Below, one piece after another: positions 1-10,093 of a DNA stretch of 64,000 nt (its first letter is position 1; every line of letters begins with the position of its first letter). The notes below the pieces were generated by a model that saw only the letters and a list, made by a program, of their open reading frames with translations, searched no databases and was not told the origin of the DNA. Source of the DNA: an uncultured Alphaproteobacteria bacterium (lineage in GTDB: Bacteria; Pseudomonadota; Alphaproteobacteria; Rhizobiales; Xanthobacteraceae); assembly GCA_963721665.1 (NCBI GenBank), contig CAVRJZ010000012.1, positions 39,157 through 103,156 of the forward strand, given 5' to 3'. A program made the position numbers and the translations under genes.

Positions 1-924
1 GACGCGCCCCCGCCTTCGGTCGCCAGCCAGGCCGCGCCGCAGCCTTTGGCCAGTTCGCGCACGCGCAAAATATAGCTCTGCCGCTCGGTCACCGAGATCA
101 CGCCGCGCGCGTCGAGCAGATTGAACACGTGGCTCGCCTTGATGCACTGGTCGTAGGCCGGCAGCGCCATCGCGTGATGCTTGCGGTCGGCGCTCCAGCC
201 ATCGGCGAGATACTTCTGGCAGGCGGCTTCCGCCATCTTGAACTGCTCGAACAGCATGGCGGTGTCGGCGAATTCGAAATTGTGCCGCGAATATTCCTGC
301 TCGGCCTGCAGGAATACGTCGCCATAGGTCACGCTTCTTGTCGTCGGTGCGGCCGTTGAAATTAAGATCGAACACGCGGTCGACGCCCTGCACATACATG
401 GCGAGGCGCTCGAGCCCGTAAGTGAGTTCGCCGGAAACCGGCGAGCATTCGAAGCCGGCGACCTGCTGGAAGTAAGTGAACTGCGACACCTCCATGCCGT
501 CGCACCAGCACTCCCAGCCGAGCCCCCAGGCGCCGAGCGTCGGGCTTTCCCAGTCGTCCTCGACAAAACGGATGTCGTGCAGCTTCGAATCGATGCCGAT
601 GACTTTCAGCGAATTAAGATAGAGCTCCTGGATGTCGGGCGGCGACGGCTTCAGGATCACCTGGAACTGGTAGTAGTGCTGCAGCCGGTTGGGGTTCTCG
701 CCATAGCGGCCGTCTTTCGGCCGGCGCGAGGGCTGCACGTAAGCCGCGTTCCAGGGCTTGGGCCCGAGCGCGCGCAGCGTGGTCGCCGGGTGGAAGGTGC
801 CGGCCCCCACTTCCATGTCGTAGGGCTGCAAGATGACGCAGCCCCAGGCCGCCCAATACTGCTGCAGCGCAAGAATAAGCCCCTGGAACGAGCGCTTCGG
901 GTCCAGGTTGTCTTGGCTCGACAC
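1..924 (-). CDS. glyQ: glycine--tRNA ligase alpha subunit (3' end runs off window; one indel near 333)
   Basis: Manual translation: [13 protein letters not shown]...[26 protein letters not shown]...[28 protein letters not shown]...[22 protein letters not shown]; missing from the ORF track. Confidence 0.95.
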   Translation of the reverse strand, partial: MSSQDNLDPKRSFQGLILALQQYWAAWGCVILQPYDMEVGAGTFHPATTLRALGPKPWNAAYVQPSRRPKDGRYGENPNRLQHYYQFQVILKPSPPDIQELYLNSLKVIGIDSKLHDIRFVEDDWESPTLGAWGLGWECWCDGMEVSQFTYFQQVAGFECSPVSGELTYGLERLAMYVQGVDRVFDLNFNGRTDDKKRDLWRRIPAGRAGIFAAQFRIRRHRHAVRAVQDGGSRLPEVSRRWLERRPQASRDGAAGLRPVHQGEPRVQSARRARRDLGDRAAELYFARARTGQRLRRGLAGDRRRGRV

Positions 925-1097
925 TGGCGAGAACGGCCGGCTTCAGCCATTGTTTTACTTACAGAATTCTTAAGCACAAGAAGGAGCTTGGACCCTATCG
1001 GCGGCACCATAGGGGGTCAAGCCGGTAAACATTTACGGGATTTTGAACCGGAACCGAAGGCCGAACGACCAATAATCGCAACCGACGGAGAATAACA

Positions 1098-1187
1098 ATG
1101 TTGGCCTTCGAACTGATCGGACTGGCGTTTGCCGTGTTGTTCCTCGGCGCCCTCGTCACCAACGACCCGCACGCCGCCCGCCGCTAA
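1098..1187 (+). CDS. small single-TM membrane protein, 29 aa (MLAFELIGLAFAVLFLGALVTNDPHAARR)
   Basis: GGAGA RBS just upstream of ATG, ~20-residue hydrophobic stretch plus basic tail, fills an otherwise empty intergenic gap. Confidence 0.6.
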   Translation: MLAFELIGLAFAVLFLGALVTNDPHAARR

Positions 1188-1223
1188 GCGGCAGCCCCGC
1201 CTGAGCCTCATTCGAACAACGAT

Positions 1224-1427
1224 TTAAAGACGATATTCGCCGGTCGCTGGATCGCGCCGCAAAGTCGGCCGGTTTTCCCTATCGGAAATAGGCACCCGCA
1301 CGCGCTTGGCCGCATCGAGCTCCTCGTTGATCCGGCGCGCTTCCTTGACCACCCAGTGCACGACCATGCCGCCGCCGAGCGCGACGAGCGACCATTTCAC
1401 AAGCGGCGAGAGCAGGAACGGGGGCAT
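1224..1427 (-). CDS. small conserved hypothetical membrane-anchored protein (67 aa)
   Basis: N-terminal hydrophobic segment; C-terminal PTLRRDPATGEYR motif typical of small Rhizobiales proteins. Confidence 0.75.
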   Translation of the reverse strand: MPPFLLSPLVKWSLVALGGGMVVHWVVKEARRINEELDAAKRVRVPISDRENRPTLRRDPATGEYRL

Positions 1428-1527
1428 GGCGGCACCTCATCAAAAATGCTGGGATGATTGTTCCGATCAATCAAGGCGATTTCGCGGCCTACCGATTGTT
1501 CACGAACCGGCCGCCCGGCGCCTTAGT

Positions 1528-2437
1528 TTACAATCCGTAGCGGCCCCACAGCGCCCGCTCTTCCAGCGCCGATATCAGATCGCCGGCGAGGCCACCCTTG
1601 GCGCGCCAGCGCTTTCGAGCGCGCCGACGCCCGGAATGCGGCGGCCGAACAGGCTGCGGTCGGCCGCGATCAGCGGCGTGCGCACCTTCTCGCCGTAGCG
1701 TTCGCGCAACGTCGAGCGCAGATCGCCGATGCTGTCGGCAAGCCCCAGGTCGATCGCCTTCGGCGCGGTCCAGAACTCGCCGGAGAACAGCGTCTTGTCG
1801 GCGCCCTTGAGCTTGCCGCCCGCGGCGTTCCTTGACCAGGGCGATGAAGTGCTCGTGGATGTCCTTCTGGATCGCCTTGATGCGTTTCACGTCCTCCGGC
1901 TTTTCCGGCAGGAACGGATCGAGCATCACCTTGCGCTCGCCGGCGGTGTAGAGCCTGCGCTCGACGCCGAGCTTTTCCATCAGCTTGGGGAAGCCGAACG
2001 AGCCGCCGACCACGCCGATCGAGCCGACGATGGAAAATTGATCGCAGATGATCTCGTCGGCGGCGCAAGCCAGCATGTAGCCGCCGGAAGCGCCGACGTC
2101 CTCGACAAAGGCGAGGACCGGCAGCTTCTTTTCCGTCGGCCAGTTGGCGGATGCGGCGGAAGATCAAATGCGACTGCGCCGGCGAGCCGCCGGGCGAGTT
2201 GACGATCAGCGCCACCGCGCGCGCGTTGCGCACCGAGAAAGCCCGCTCCAGCGAGCGGGCGGCCGACGACAGCATCAGCCCGGGCCGCAACGGCGAACTG
2301 ACGCCGATGACGCCGGCCAGCCGCACCACCGGCACCACCGGAATGTCGGGGCGGAAACGCGCGGGCACCAGCCTGCCCAAAAGCTCGAGCGGTCGTTTGA
2401 GGATATTCGGCATTGGTTGGGTTGCGGCGGTGGCCAT
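1528..2437 (-). CDS. S49 family peptidase (SppA-like), frameshifted
   Basis: VNSPGGSPAQS, ASGGYMLACAADEI, SIVGSIGVV and LEERALWGRYGL motifs across frames. Confidence 0.9.
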
Positions 2438-2541
2438 GGCGGGCAGTTAGGCATCATTGGAACCCAAGTCAAAGCCTCGGGTGCGGCATGATATACGCCA
2501 TAGAAATATCGGTGCATTGCAGTAAATTCTTTGTCGCTGCC

Positions 2542-2569
2542 CTTGAAATCCTCAACAATTTGCCCAATT
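2542..2569 (+). promoter_or_regulatory. possible RpoH (sigma32)-type promoter for the small ORF at 2643
   Basis: CTTGAA-N15-CCCAATT in an AT-rich intergenic region. Confidence 0.35.
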
Positions 2570-2642
2570 TTTAACTTGGAAATGCTTTTTGCAATGCGAT
2601 GAGCGCCGTCAGTTCGTGGCGGCTTTTGCAAGAGGCGGATCG

Positions 2643-2789
2643 ATGGATCCCAAGCTGACCATTCTGTTCCTGCTGATCGGCGGCATTATTGGGCTTTCGC
2701 ATCTCGACGACGAAAGCTTGACCCGCATGCGACGTCAGTTCGTCGCACGGCGTTGGCGCGATTTCGTGCCGGGGCGGCGCAAATCCTAG
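2643..2789 (+). CDS. small membrane protein, 48 aa (MDPKLTILFLLIGGIIGLSHL...)
   Basis: GAGG RBS, one TM helix followed by an Arg-rich amphipathic tail. Confidence 0.7.
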   Translation: MDPKLTILFLLIGGIIGLSHLDDESLTRMRRQFVARRWRDFVPGRRKS

Positions 2790-2805
2790 GCAGTTCGGCC
2801 CGCAT

Positions 2806-3580
2806 TTAGATTTCGGTAAGAGTGAGCGTCTCCCCGCCGCGCAGTACGGCCTCCGCCGCCGCGCTCGGCTTGCCGTCTTTGTCGTTGAGGACAAGGCCCG
2901 GAAAAGTCGCGCCGTCGCCGCCGCCGGACTTTCACCGCGCGCACCAACACGCGAATCGCCGGCGCATCGGGGCGCGGATAGACCGGCAGCACGCCGATAT
3001 CGCCGAACTGCGCCGCGAGCGCGGCCCGCACCTCGTCGAGCGCAGTCGGCACGCCAGATCAGCGTCAGCACGCCGCGCGGCTTGAGCAGCGAGCGCCGCG
3101 CTTGCGACCCAGCGCGGCAATAGGCCGGGCGAGGCTGCATAAGCCAGCCGCCGGCGCGGATCGGGCGACAGGTTCTGCCGCGTGGCGTCGTGGAACGGCG
3201 GGTTCATCAGCACGCGGTCGGCGCTGCCGGCCGCTAGGCCGGCAGCGGCGAGCGCAGCGGCATCCTCCGCATCGGCTGTGACCGCACGCACGCGGTCGTC
3301 CAAGTGATTGAGCCGCGCATTGCCGGCGGCAAGCGCGCTTAAATCCGCATCGATCTCGACCAGCGTGACCTTGAGGCCCGCAACGCGCGCCGCCAGCGCC
3401 AGACCCCGCCGCGCCGACGCCGGCGCCGAGATCGACCGCGTGTTCGCCGGCGCGTCCGCCGGTCGCCGCGGCGAGCAGGATCGCGTCGTGGCCGACGCGA
3501 TGGCCGGAAAGCGGCTGGCGCAGCCGCAAGCGGCCGCCGAGCACGGCATCTTCGCTGGTTTCGACGACATCAGTTGTCAT
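2806..3580 (-). CDS. tRNA1(Val) adenine-N6 methyltransferase-like (YfiC/TrmN6 family), frameshifted
   Basis: GHRVGHDAILLAA, DLGAGVGAAG SAM motif, VLMNPPF motif. Confidence 0.85.
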
Positions 3581-3801
3581 CCGGCCGCAGCTCCTTGCCG
3601 AGCCCGGCATCCTGCAACAGTTGCCGCGCCGAGCAGTTCATAGCCTTCCGCGACCAGGATGCGTCTCGGCAACATGCCGAGCGAGCCTTCCAGTACGCTC
3701 ATGTTCTGGTCGAGCACCATATGACGAATGCCGGCGCCCTCGAGCAGCGCCACCACGGCCGAGATCAGAACCATGTCGTTGGTGCGGACGAGTTCGCGCA
3801 T
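3570..3801 (-). CDS. DUF2007 domain protein, frameshifted near 3' end
   Basis: MRELVRTNDMVLISAVVALL...DQNMSVLEGSLGMLPRRILV. Confidence 0.85.
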
Positions 3802-3830
3802 GGATGCAAAACCAAATTTGTCGGATCGAA

Positions 3831-4805
3831 CTAACCGCGCCGCCGCTCTTCGCCGGGCGCGCGGTGTGAAAGATAAGCGAGCAGTTTCATCTCGCGCCGG
3901 CCGCGCGTGACCGTATCGAGCACCAGCCCGATGGCGACAGTCAGGAAGGCGAGCAGCATCAAGCCGGTCGACAGGACGGCGGTCGGCAGCCGCGGCACCA
4001 GGCCGGTCTCGAAATAGGTGACGAAAATCGGGATGGCGAAGCCGACCGAAGCAATCGCCAGCGCCAGACCGACGCCAGTGAAAAACGGCATCGGCCGTTC
4101 GGCGCGATAGAAGCGTACGATAGTGCGCAGGATGCGCAGACCGTCGCGCCAAGTGTTGAGCTTTGAGGCCGAGCCTTCCGGCCGTGCGTAATAGGGCGTG
4201 TCGACTTCCGCCACCGGCAGTCCCAGTTCGAGCGCGTGGATGGTGAGCTCGGTCTCGATCTCGAAGCCGCCCGACAACACGGGGAACGACTTCACGAAGC
4301 GGCGCGAGAATACGCGGTAGCCCGACAACATGTCCTTGAAGCTCGGCCCGAACACGCTGGCGACGACCGAGGTGAGCAGCCAGTTGCCGGCGCGATGGCC
4401 GGCGCGGTAGGCGGCAAGATCGCGATCGACCCGGTTGCCCACCACCATGTCGAGCCGCCCCTCGAGCAGGCGCGCAATCATCGCCGGCGCGCTCGGCGCG
4501 TGGTAGGTGGCGTCGCCGTCGACCAGCACGTAGACGTCGGCCTCCACGTCGGTGAACATGCGCCGCACCACGAAGCCCTTACCCTGGTGCTTCTCGGCGA
4601 AAACCTCGGCACCGGCAGCACGCGCGGCGGCCGCCGTATTATCCGTCGAATTGTTGTCGAATACGAAAATGGCGGCCGAGGGCAGCGCGGCGCGGAAGTC
4701 CTTGACCACCTTGGCGACCGCCACTTCCTCGTTATAGCAAGGCATTAGGACCGCGATCTTATAGCGGTCGAGACGGCCCGATTCGGGCGCGGCTGAGCTT
4801 GCCAT
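3831..4805 (-). CDS. glycosyltransferase family 2 (polyprenol-phosphate glycosyltransferase-like)
   Basis: PCYNEE, DNNSTD, VDGDATY, DMLSGYR, GFEIETE; two C-terminal TM helices; intact ORF. Confidence 0.9.
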   Translation of the reverse strand: MASSAAPESGRLDRYKIAVLMPCYNEEVAVAKVVKDFRAALPSAAIFVFDNNSTDNTAAAARAAGAEVFAEKHQGKGFVVRRMFTDVEADVYVLVDGDATYHAPSAPAMIARLLEGRLDMVVGNRVDRDLAAYRAGHRAGNWLLTSVVASVFGPSFKDMLSGYRVFSRRFVKSFPVLSGGFEIETELTIHALELGLPVAEVDTPYYARPEGSASKLNTWRDGLRILRTIVRFYRAERPMPFFTGVGLALAIASVGFAIPIFVTYFETGLVPRLPTAVLSTGLMLLAFLTVAIGLVLDTVTRGRREMKLLAYLSHRAPGEERRRG

Positions 4806-4932
4806 TCGTGTCGCCAATCCGGGCCCCCTTGGCCAGTCCGCCTTGTCTTTTCGAGGCGGTACAATCTAACGCACTTGCCCCGTTAACGCAGCGTTTCTAT
4901 GCTCGCGCAAGTTCATGACCGAGGGGCGTGTT

Positions 4933-5946
4933 TTGGCCGTCATCGTTCCATTCGAAAGTCCGCAAGACGCTTCGCTCGAGCGCCTCGCTGAACTGGTGGC
5001 ATCGGATATGGAGCGAGTCAACGCGGCCATCCTGGCGCGCACCGGCTCCGACGTGACCATGATCCCGGAGGTGGCCAACCACCTGATTTCATCCGGCGGC
5101 AAGCGGCTGCGGCCGATGCTGACGCTGGCCATGGCTAAACTCGCCGGCTATTCCGGCGACGGCCATATCAAGCTCGCCGCCGCGGTCGAGTTCATGCACA
5201 CGGCAACGCTGCTGCACGACGACGTGGTCGACGAGAGCGACATGCGTCGCGGCAAGCTCGCCGCGCGCATGCTGTGGGGCAACGAGGCGAGCGTCTTGGT
5301 CGGCGACTTCCTGCTCGGCCAGGCGTTCAAGATGATGGTCGAGGTCGGCAATCTGCACGCGCTCGATATTCTTTCCTCGGCCGCCGCGGTGATCGCCGAG
5401 GGCGAAGTGATGCAGCTCGGCGCCGCCAAGAACACCGCCACCAACGAAGACGAATATTTGGCGGTGATCCGCGCCAAGACCGCCGAGCTGTTCGCCGCCG
5501 CCTGCGAGGTCGGCCCGGCGCTGGCGGTGAAAGACTAAGGCGGAGCTCGCCGCCTGCCGTTCGTTCGGCATGAATCTCGGCATCGCCTTCCAATTGATCG
5601 ACGACGCGCTCGACTACGGCGGCAAATCCGCCAAGCTCGGCAAGAATGTGGGCGACGATTTCCGCGAGGGCAAGATCACGCTGCCGGTAGTGCTGTCGTT
5701 CCGCCGCGGCTCGGCGAGCGAGCGCGCGTTCTGGAACCGCACGCTCGGTGAGGGCGACATCCAAGACGGCGATCTCGACGAGGCGATGGCGCTGATGGCG
5801 CAAGCCACCACGCCATCGAGGACACGGTCGGCCGCGCGCGCCACTACGGCTCGATCGCCACTGACGCGCTGGCTTTGGTGCCTTCCTCGGCGATCAAGAC
5901 GGCTTTGGAAGAATCAGTCGCTTTCTGCATCGCGCGCGCGCATTAG
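4933..5946 (+). CDS. ispB: octaprenyl/decaprenyl diphosphate synthase, frameshifted
   Basis: GGKRLRP, LLHDDVVDESDMRRG, FQLIDDALDY, GDDFREGKITLP. Confidence 0.92.
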
Positions 5947-6051
5947 CGCCGTTAGCCGTCTGAATTCCTTCGATTGGATTGCGCGCGCCGCGCTTGACGC
6001 TAGCGTCTCTGTCGTTCCATCGTGTCGGACCTCGGGGCGGGATTTTCAACA

Positions 6052-6552
6052 ATGGAATTACCGGGCGCGGGCTATTTTTATGCCCTGGCGGCTTTAGCCA
6101 TGGCGTTTGTCGGCTTCACGTCGATCGTGGTCGTCCTTCACCAGGCCACCGGCAAGCCGCTCTCGCCGTTCCATGTGCTGATTACCAGGTTGTTCACCGA
6201 GTTGGGCCTGACCGCCACCGCATTCGCGATGCTGGCGCCGACACTCGCCATCTGCGGAGTGCCTGAGGCTTTGGTGTGGCGGATCTCGAGCGTCATCATG
6301 CTCGCAGTATTGGTGCCGTGGCTCGTTACTTATCCAATTCGAAGAAAAGCGACGATCCCCGATCAAAAATTTCCGCTTCGCGGATACGTCATGAATGCAA
6401 TTGGTGTACTGACCGTTATTGCGCTTATCATGAACGCAATTGGGATGCCGATCGATCCAGGCCCGGCGCCGCTTGCCATGGCCGCGATCTTTGTCCTGTC
6501 CTATGCGTCGGTCTCATTCTTCTGGACCTACACGGCGTTCTTGCGCGACTGA
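6052..6552 (+). CDS. hypothetical integral membrane protein (~5 TM)
   Basis: Intact hydrophobic ORF, LAALAMAFVGFTSIVVVL N-terminus; more AT-rich codons than its neighbours. Confidence 0.75.
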   Translation: MELPGAGYFYALAALAMAFVGFTSIVVVLHQATGKPLSPFHVLITRLFTELGLTATAFAMLAPTLAICGVPEALVWRISSVIMLAVLVPWLVTYPIRRKATIPDQKFPLRGYVMNAIGVLTVIALIMNAIGMPIDPGPAPLAMAAIFVLSYASVSFFWTYTAFLRD

Positions 6553-6606
6553 ATTTGGATGGGCTCGAGACCGCAAACGGCCGCCGGCGAGGCGCCGACT
6601 TGCGGA

Positions 6607-6906
6607 TCAATAATCGGGGTAGTTGCCGGTTTTCGGATTGCGCCTCAACATGAGGCGGATATAGGGATCCGGGTCCTGGCCGACGAAGCGGCCGTCTTCA
6701 TAAACCGGCGGCGAGCAGCCGTTCCAGCGCGGCGCGCGGTCGAAATCCCACAAGAAGCCCCAGGAGAACTGCCGCGCGGTATCGCGGCACTGCACCTTGG
6801 CAATTTGCGTGTGACGCTTGCCGTGATGCGCTTTGCTCGCCTCGGCCGGCTGGGCAGCGGCGACTGCCAGAGCCGCGAGCACGATCGCGATCCACCTGAG
6901 TTGCAT
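6607..6906 (-). CDS. small secreted hypothetical protein
   Basis: GGAGG RBS, signal peptide (MQLRWIAIVLAALAVAAAQPAEA), two Cys, C-terminal VGQDPDPYIRLMLRR motif. Confidence 0.75.
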   Translation of the reverse strand: MQLRWIAIVLAALAVAAAQPAEASKAHHGKRHTQIAKVQCRDTARQFSWGFLWDFDRAPRWNGCSPPVYEDGRFVGQDPDPYIRLMLRRNPKTGNYPDY

Positions 6907-6978
6907 TAGTTCCTCCGTCGCCTGCGGCCTATCGGCAAATCCCCGATGCGGCAACCGTTGCGCATAATGGCGGTAAAA

Positions 6979-7872
6979 TTATGGGCGCCCGACGATGCGG
7001 CCGCAATGAACCCACCAGCCCGGCTGGGCGGCCTTGAGTTGCCGCGTAGCCTTTTCGGCCTCGCCCGCCGAGGCAAAGAGCGCAAAGCAGGTCGGCCCCG
7101 ACCCCGACATGCGGGCAAGCCGCACGCCCGGCCATGCGGCCAGAGCTTCGAGCACGTTCGCGATGGCCGGCACGCAGGCAATGGCCGCTTGTGTAAGGTC
7201 ATTGCCCTGCCCGGCAAGCCATGTCAGCAGGTCGGCGCGCTCACGCGGCACTGGTGCAGCAGGCGCCGCGCTGGCGAATTTACCGGCGAACTTGGCGAAA
7301 ACGTCGCGCGTCGGAAGCGCCAACCCCGGGTTGACCAGCAGCGCGGGAAGCTGCGGCAGATCGAGCGGCGCGGAGAGTTCGTCGCCGATGCCGCGCATGA
7401 TGCGCGGCTTTCCATCGAGGCAGACCAGCACGTCGGCGCCCACGGCAATCGCCGCCTCACGCACACGGGGGTCGCTAAAATCGATGTGGGCAAAGATTTG
7501 CCGATTGGCGTGCACGAGCAGGCGCAAAGCGGCCGCTGCGTCCGCCGAACCGCCGCCGATGCCGGCGGCAACCGGCAGTTCTTTGCTGAGAACGAAGTGG
7601 CCTAATTTCAGTCCTGCAACCCGCGCGGCGAGCGCGGCCGCGGCCTTGATCACGAGGTTATCGCTCGGCGCGCCACAAACCGCGGCGTAAGGGCCGTCGA
7701 TCTCCAGACCAAGCGGGGCGCCGGTGCGCAGTTGCAACGTATCGCCGGCATCGGCGAAGGCGACCAGGCTTTCCAGCTCGTGATAGCCGTCGCGACGGCG
7801 GCCGAGCACGCGCAAGGTGAGATTGATCTTGGCGGGCGCCGCCTCGACGTTAGAAGCTTCGACGGCCGCCAT
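6979..7872 (-). CDS. ispE: 4-diphosphocytidyl-2-C-methyl-D-erythritol kinase
   Basis: APAKINLTL, GYHELESLV, PVAAGIGGGSADAA, RMSGSGPTCF. Confidence 0.97.
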   Translation of the reverse strand: MAAVEASNVEAAPAKINLTLRVLGRRRDGYHELESLVAFADAGDTLQLRTGAPLGLEIDGPYAAVCGAPSDNLVIKAAAALAARVAGLKLGHFVLSKELPVAAGIGGGSADAAAALRLLVHANRQIFAHIDFSDPRVREAAIAVGADVLVCLDGKPRIMRGIGDELSAPLDLPQLPALLVNPGLALPTRDVFAKFAGKFASAAPAAPVPRERADLLTWLAGQGNDLTQAAIACVPAIANVLEALAAWPGVRLARMSGSGPTCFALFASAGEAEKATRQLKAAQPGWWVHCGRIVGRP

Positions 7873-7879
7873 CGAGACG

Positions 7880-9923
7880 CTAGCCGCCGTCGCCGCTCTT
7901 CTTGCCGGCCTTGGCTTGCGAGGAGGTCTCGTCCGGCAACCCGTCCTTCAGTTTGGCCTCGATCTTCGGCAGATCCTCCGGATCGGGCTTGAGGTCGCGC
8001 GCATGCGCCCACTGGAACTTGGCCTCGAGCGTGCGGCCGATGCGCCAATAGGCGTCGCCGAGATGGTCGTTGATGGTCGGATCTTCCGGCTTGAGCTCGA
8101 TCGCGCGCTCGAGCTGCTTCACCGCTTCTTCGTAATTGCCGATGCGGAAATAGGCCCAGCCGAGCGAGTCGACGATGTAGCCGTCGTCCGGCCGCTGCTG
8201 CACGGCGCGTTTGATCATCGCCATGCCGTCGTCGAGGTGCACGCCCTGATCGATCCAGGAATAGCCGAGATAATTGAGCACGTGCGGCTGCTCGGGGAAC
8301 AGTTCGAGCGCCTTCTTCAGATCGGCTTCCGCCTTCGGCCATTGATGCGAGCGCTCGTAGCAGATGCCGCGGAAATAGAAGAGCACCCAGTTGGCCTTCA
8401 CCGGATGTGGCAGCGCGGCGACGCGCCTGCGAATAGACGTCGGCGCATTCGGCGAACTTCTTGTGCCCGCGCAGGACATTGCCGAGCGCCATGATCGCTT
8501 CGAGATCGTCCGGATGCTCCTTGATCAGCGCGGTCGAGATGTTTTTCGGCCTCGTCCGAGCGGTCGAGCGCATCGAGATCGGTCGCCATCTGGATGGCGG
8601 CGTTGCGATGCAGCGGCGAATTCGCCGGAATGCGCTCGTAGACCTTGATCGCCAGCTCCGGCTTCTTCAGCGATTCATAGAGATCGGCGAGCGAGAGCAG
8701 CGCCAGCGGATGGTCCGGCTCGAGATACAGCGAAAGCTGCAGATAGACGAGGCCGAGATCCTCGCCGCCGCGGCGGCCGAGCGAAGCGCCGAGCCCGTAC
8801 AGCGCTTCGGCGGCGCCGGCCTGCGCCGACTCCACCAGCCGCGGCAGTTCGCCGCCGGCGCGCGGTTGTTCGCCGCCCGACGCCGTCGCAACCTTGGCGC
8901 TGCTGGCGTTAAGTTTCGCCGCCGTGGTCGGACCGACGATGCCGTCGACATGCAGTCCACTGCGATCCTGGAATTCGCGCACCGCATGATAGGTCTGCCG
9001 GCCGAATACGCCGTCGGTCGAGATGCCGAGTTTGCCCTGCAACGTTTTCACGTCGGCTCCGGTCACGCCCATGACCATCAAATGATCGGCCCGCATCGGC
9101 GGTTCCTCGCTGCGCTTTTCAGGCGCGGCGGCCGGACTGGCCGGAGCGGCCGGCAGCTTCGCAAGCGCCTCGGTGATCAGCGGATGGTCCGGCAGCACCT
9201 TGTTGAAACTCGGAGAATACCTTGCGCGCGCGCATCCTTGGCTTGCGCGTTGCGCGACAGCCAGCTGCCATAGGCTTCGACCACGCGCAGCGCCGAGGGG
9301 TCGAGCTTGTAGGCGCGCTCGAAACGCTTGCCCGCTTCCTTCTTGATTGCCGGCGAGATCGTAGATCATGTCCGGCGTGCAGGTCCTTGAATATCGCGTA
9401 CCAATCGGGACCCGCCAGGCGATCGATCGCCGCCACCGCGGCCTTGGCGTCGCCGGAGCCATAGAGCGACCAGGCCGTGAGCAGTGTCGCGGTCAGATCG
9501 GTGATCGGGCCGCGGATCGACTGCGCCAGGTCGCGGCGCGCGGCACCGTATTGCTTATGCTTGATCGCGTGCACGCCGAGCACCAGTTCGGCGACGCGGT
9601 CGCTCTTGTCGGCCTGCGCGATGCGCTCGGCGTATTTCACCGATTCATCGATGTCGCCGTCGACCAGAAGCGAGAGGAAAGTGCGGTCGAGCAGGTCGCC
9701 GTTATTGCGGTCGTACTTGAGCGCCTCACGGTAGAACGCGGCGGCTGCCGCCGCGTCGCGTTGCTGGCCGGCGTGGCGGGCGGCGAGATAACTGCCCGAG
9801 GCGGTCATCCCGGTCAGGTCCGCCACCGACGGCGCCTGCGCGGAAAGCGTTGATCGGCGCGGCCACTAGGAATACGGCGAGCGCGGTGCCGAATGTGCAC
9901 CGGGCGAGGCTCGAAGACGTCAC
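7880..9923 (-). CDS. exported TPR-repeat protein with inserted peptidoglycan-binding domain, frameshifted
   Basis: Signal peptide, SGSYLAARHA, VLNYLGYSW, GYIVDSLGWAYF, DPTINDHLGDAYW; conserved position between ETF-QO and ispE. Confidence 0.9.
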
Positions 9924-10093
9924 GGGCTGTGCTCCATTGAGGCGGCTGACCGCAAGCTTGCGCGCAAACCGCTGAAGTTCGGGCCAGAATGGCCTTTTTG
10001 CGCCGCCCCCGCAAGAACGGCGGTCACGGCGCTCGCCTGAGAGGTTGAAAACCCCGATGTGGCAGCATCGTGGCCGCAACTGGCGGAAGCCCA

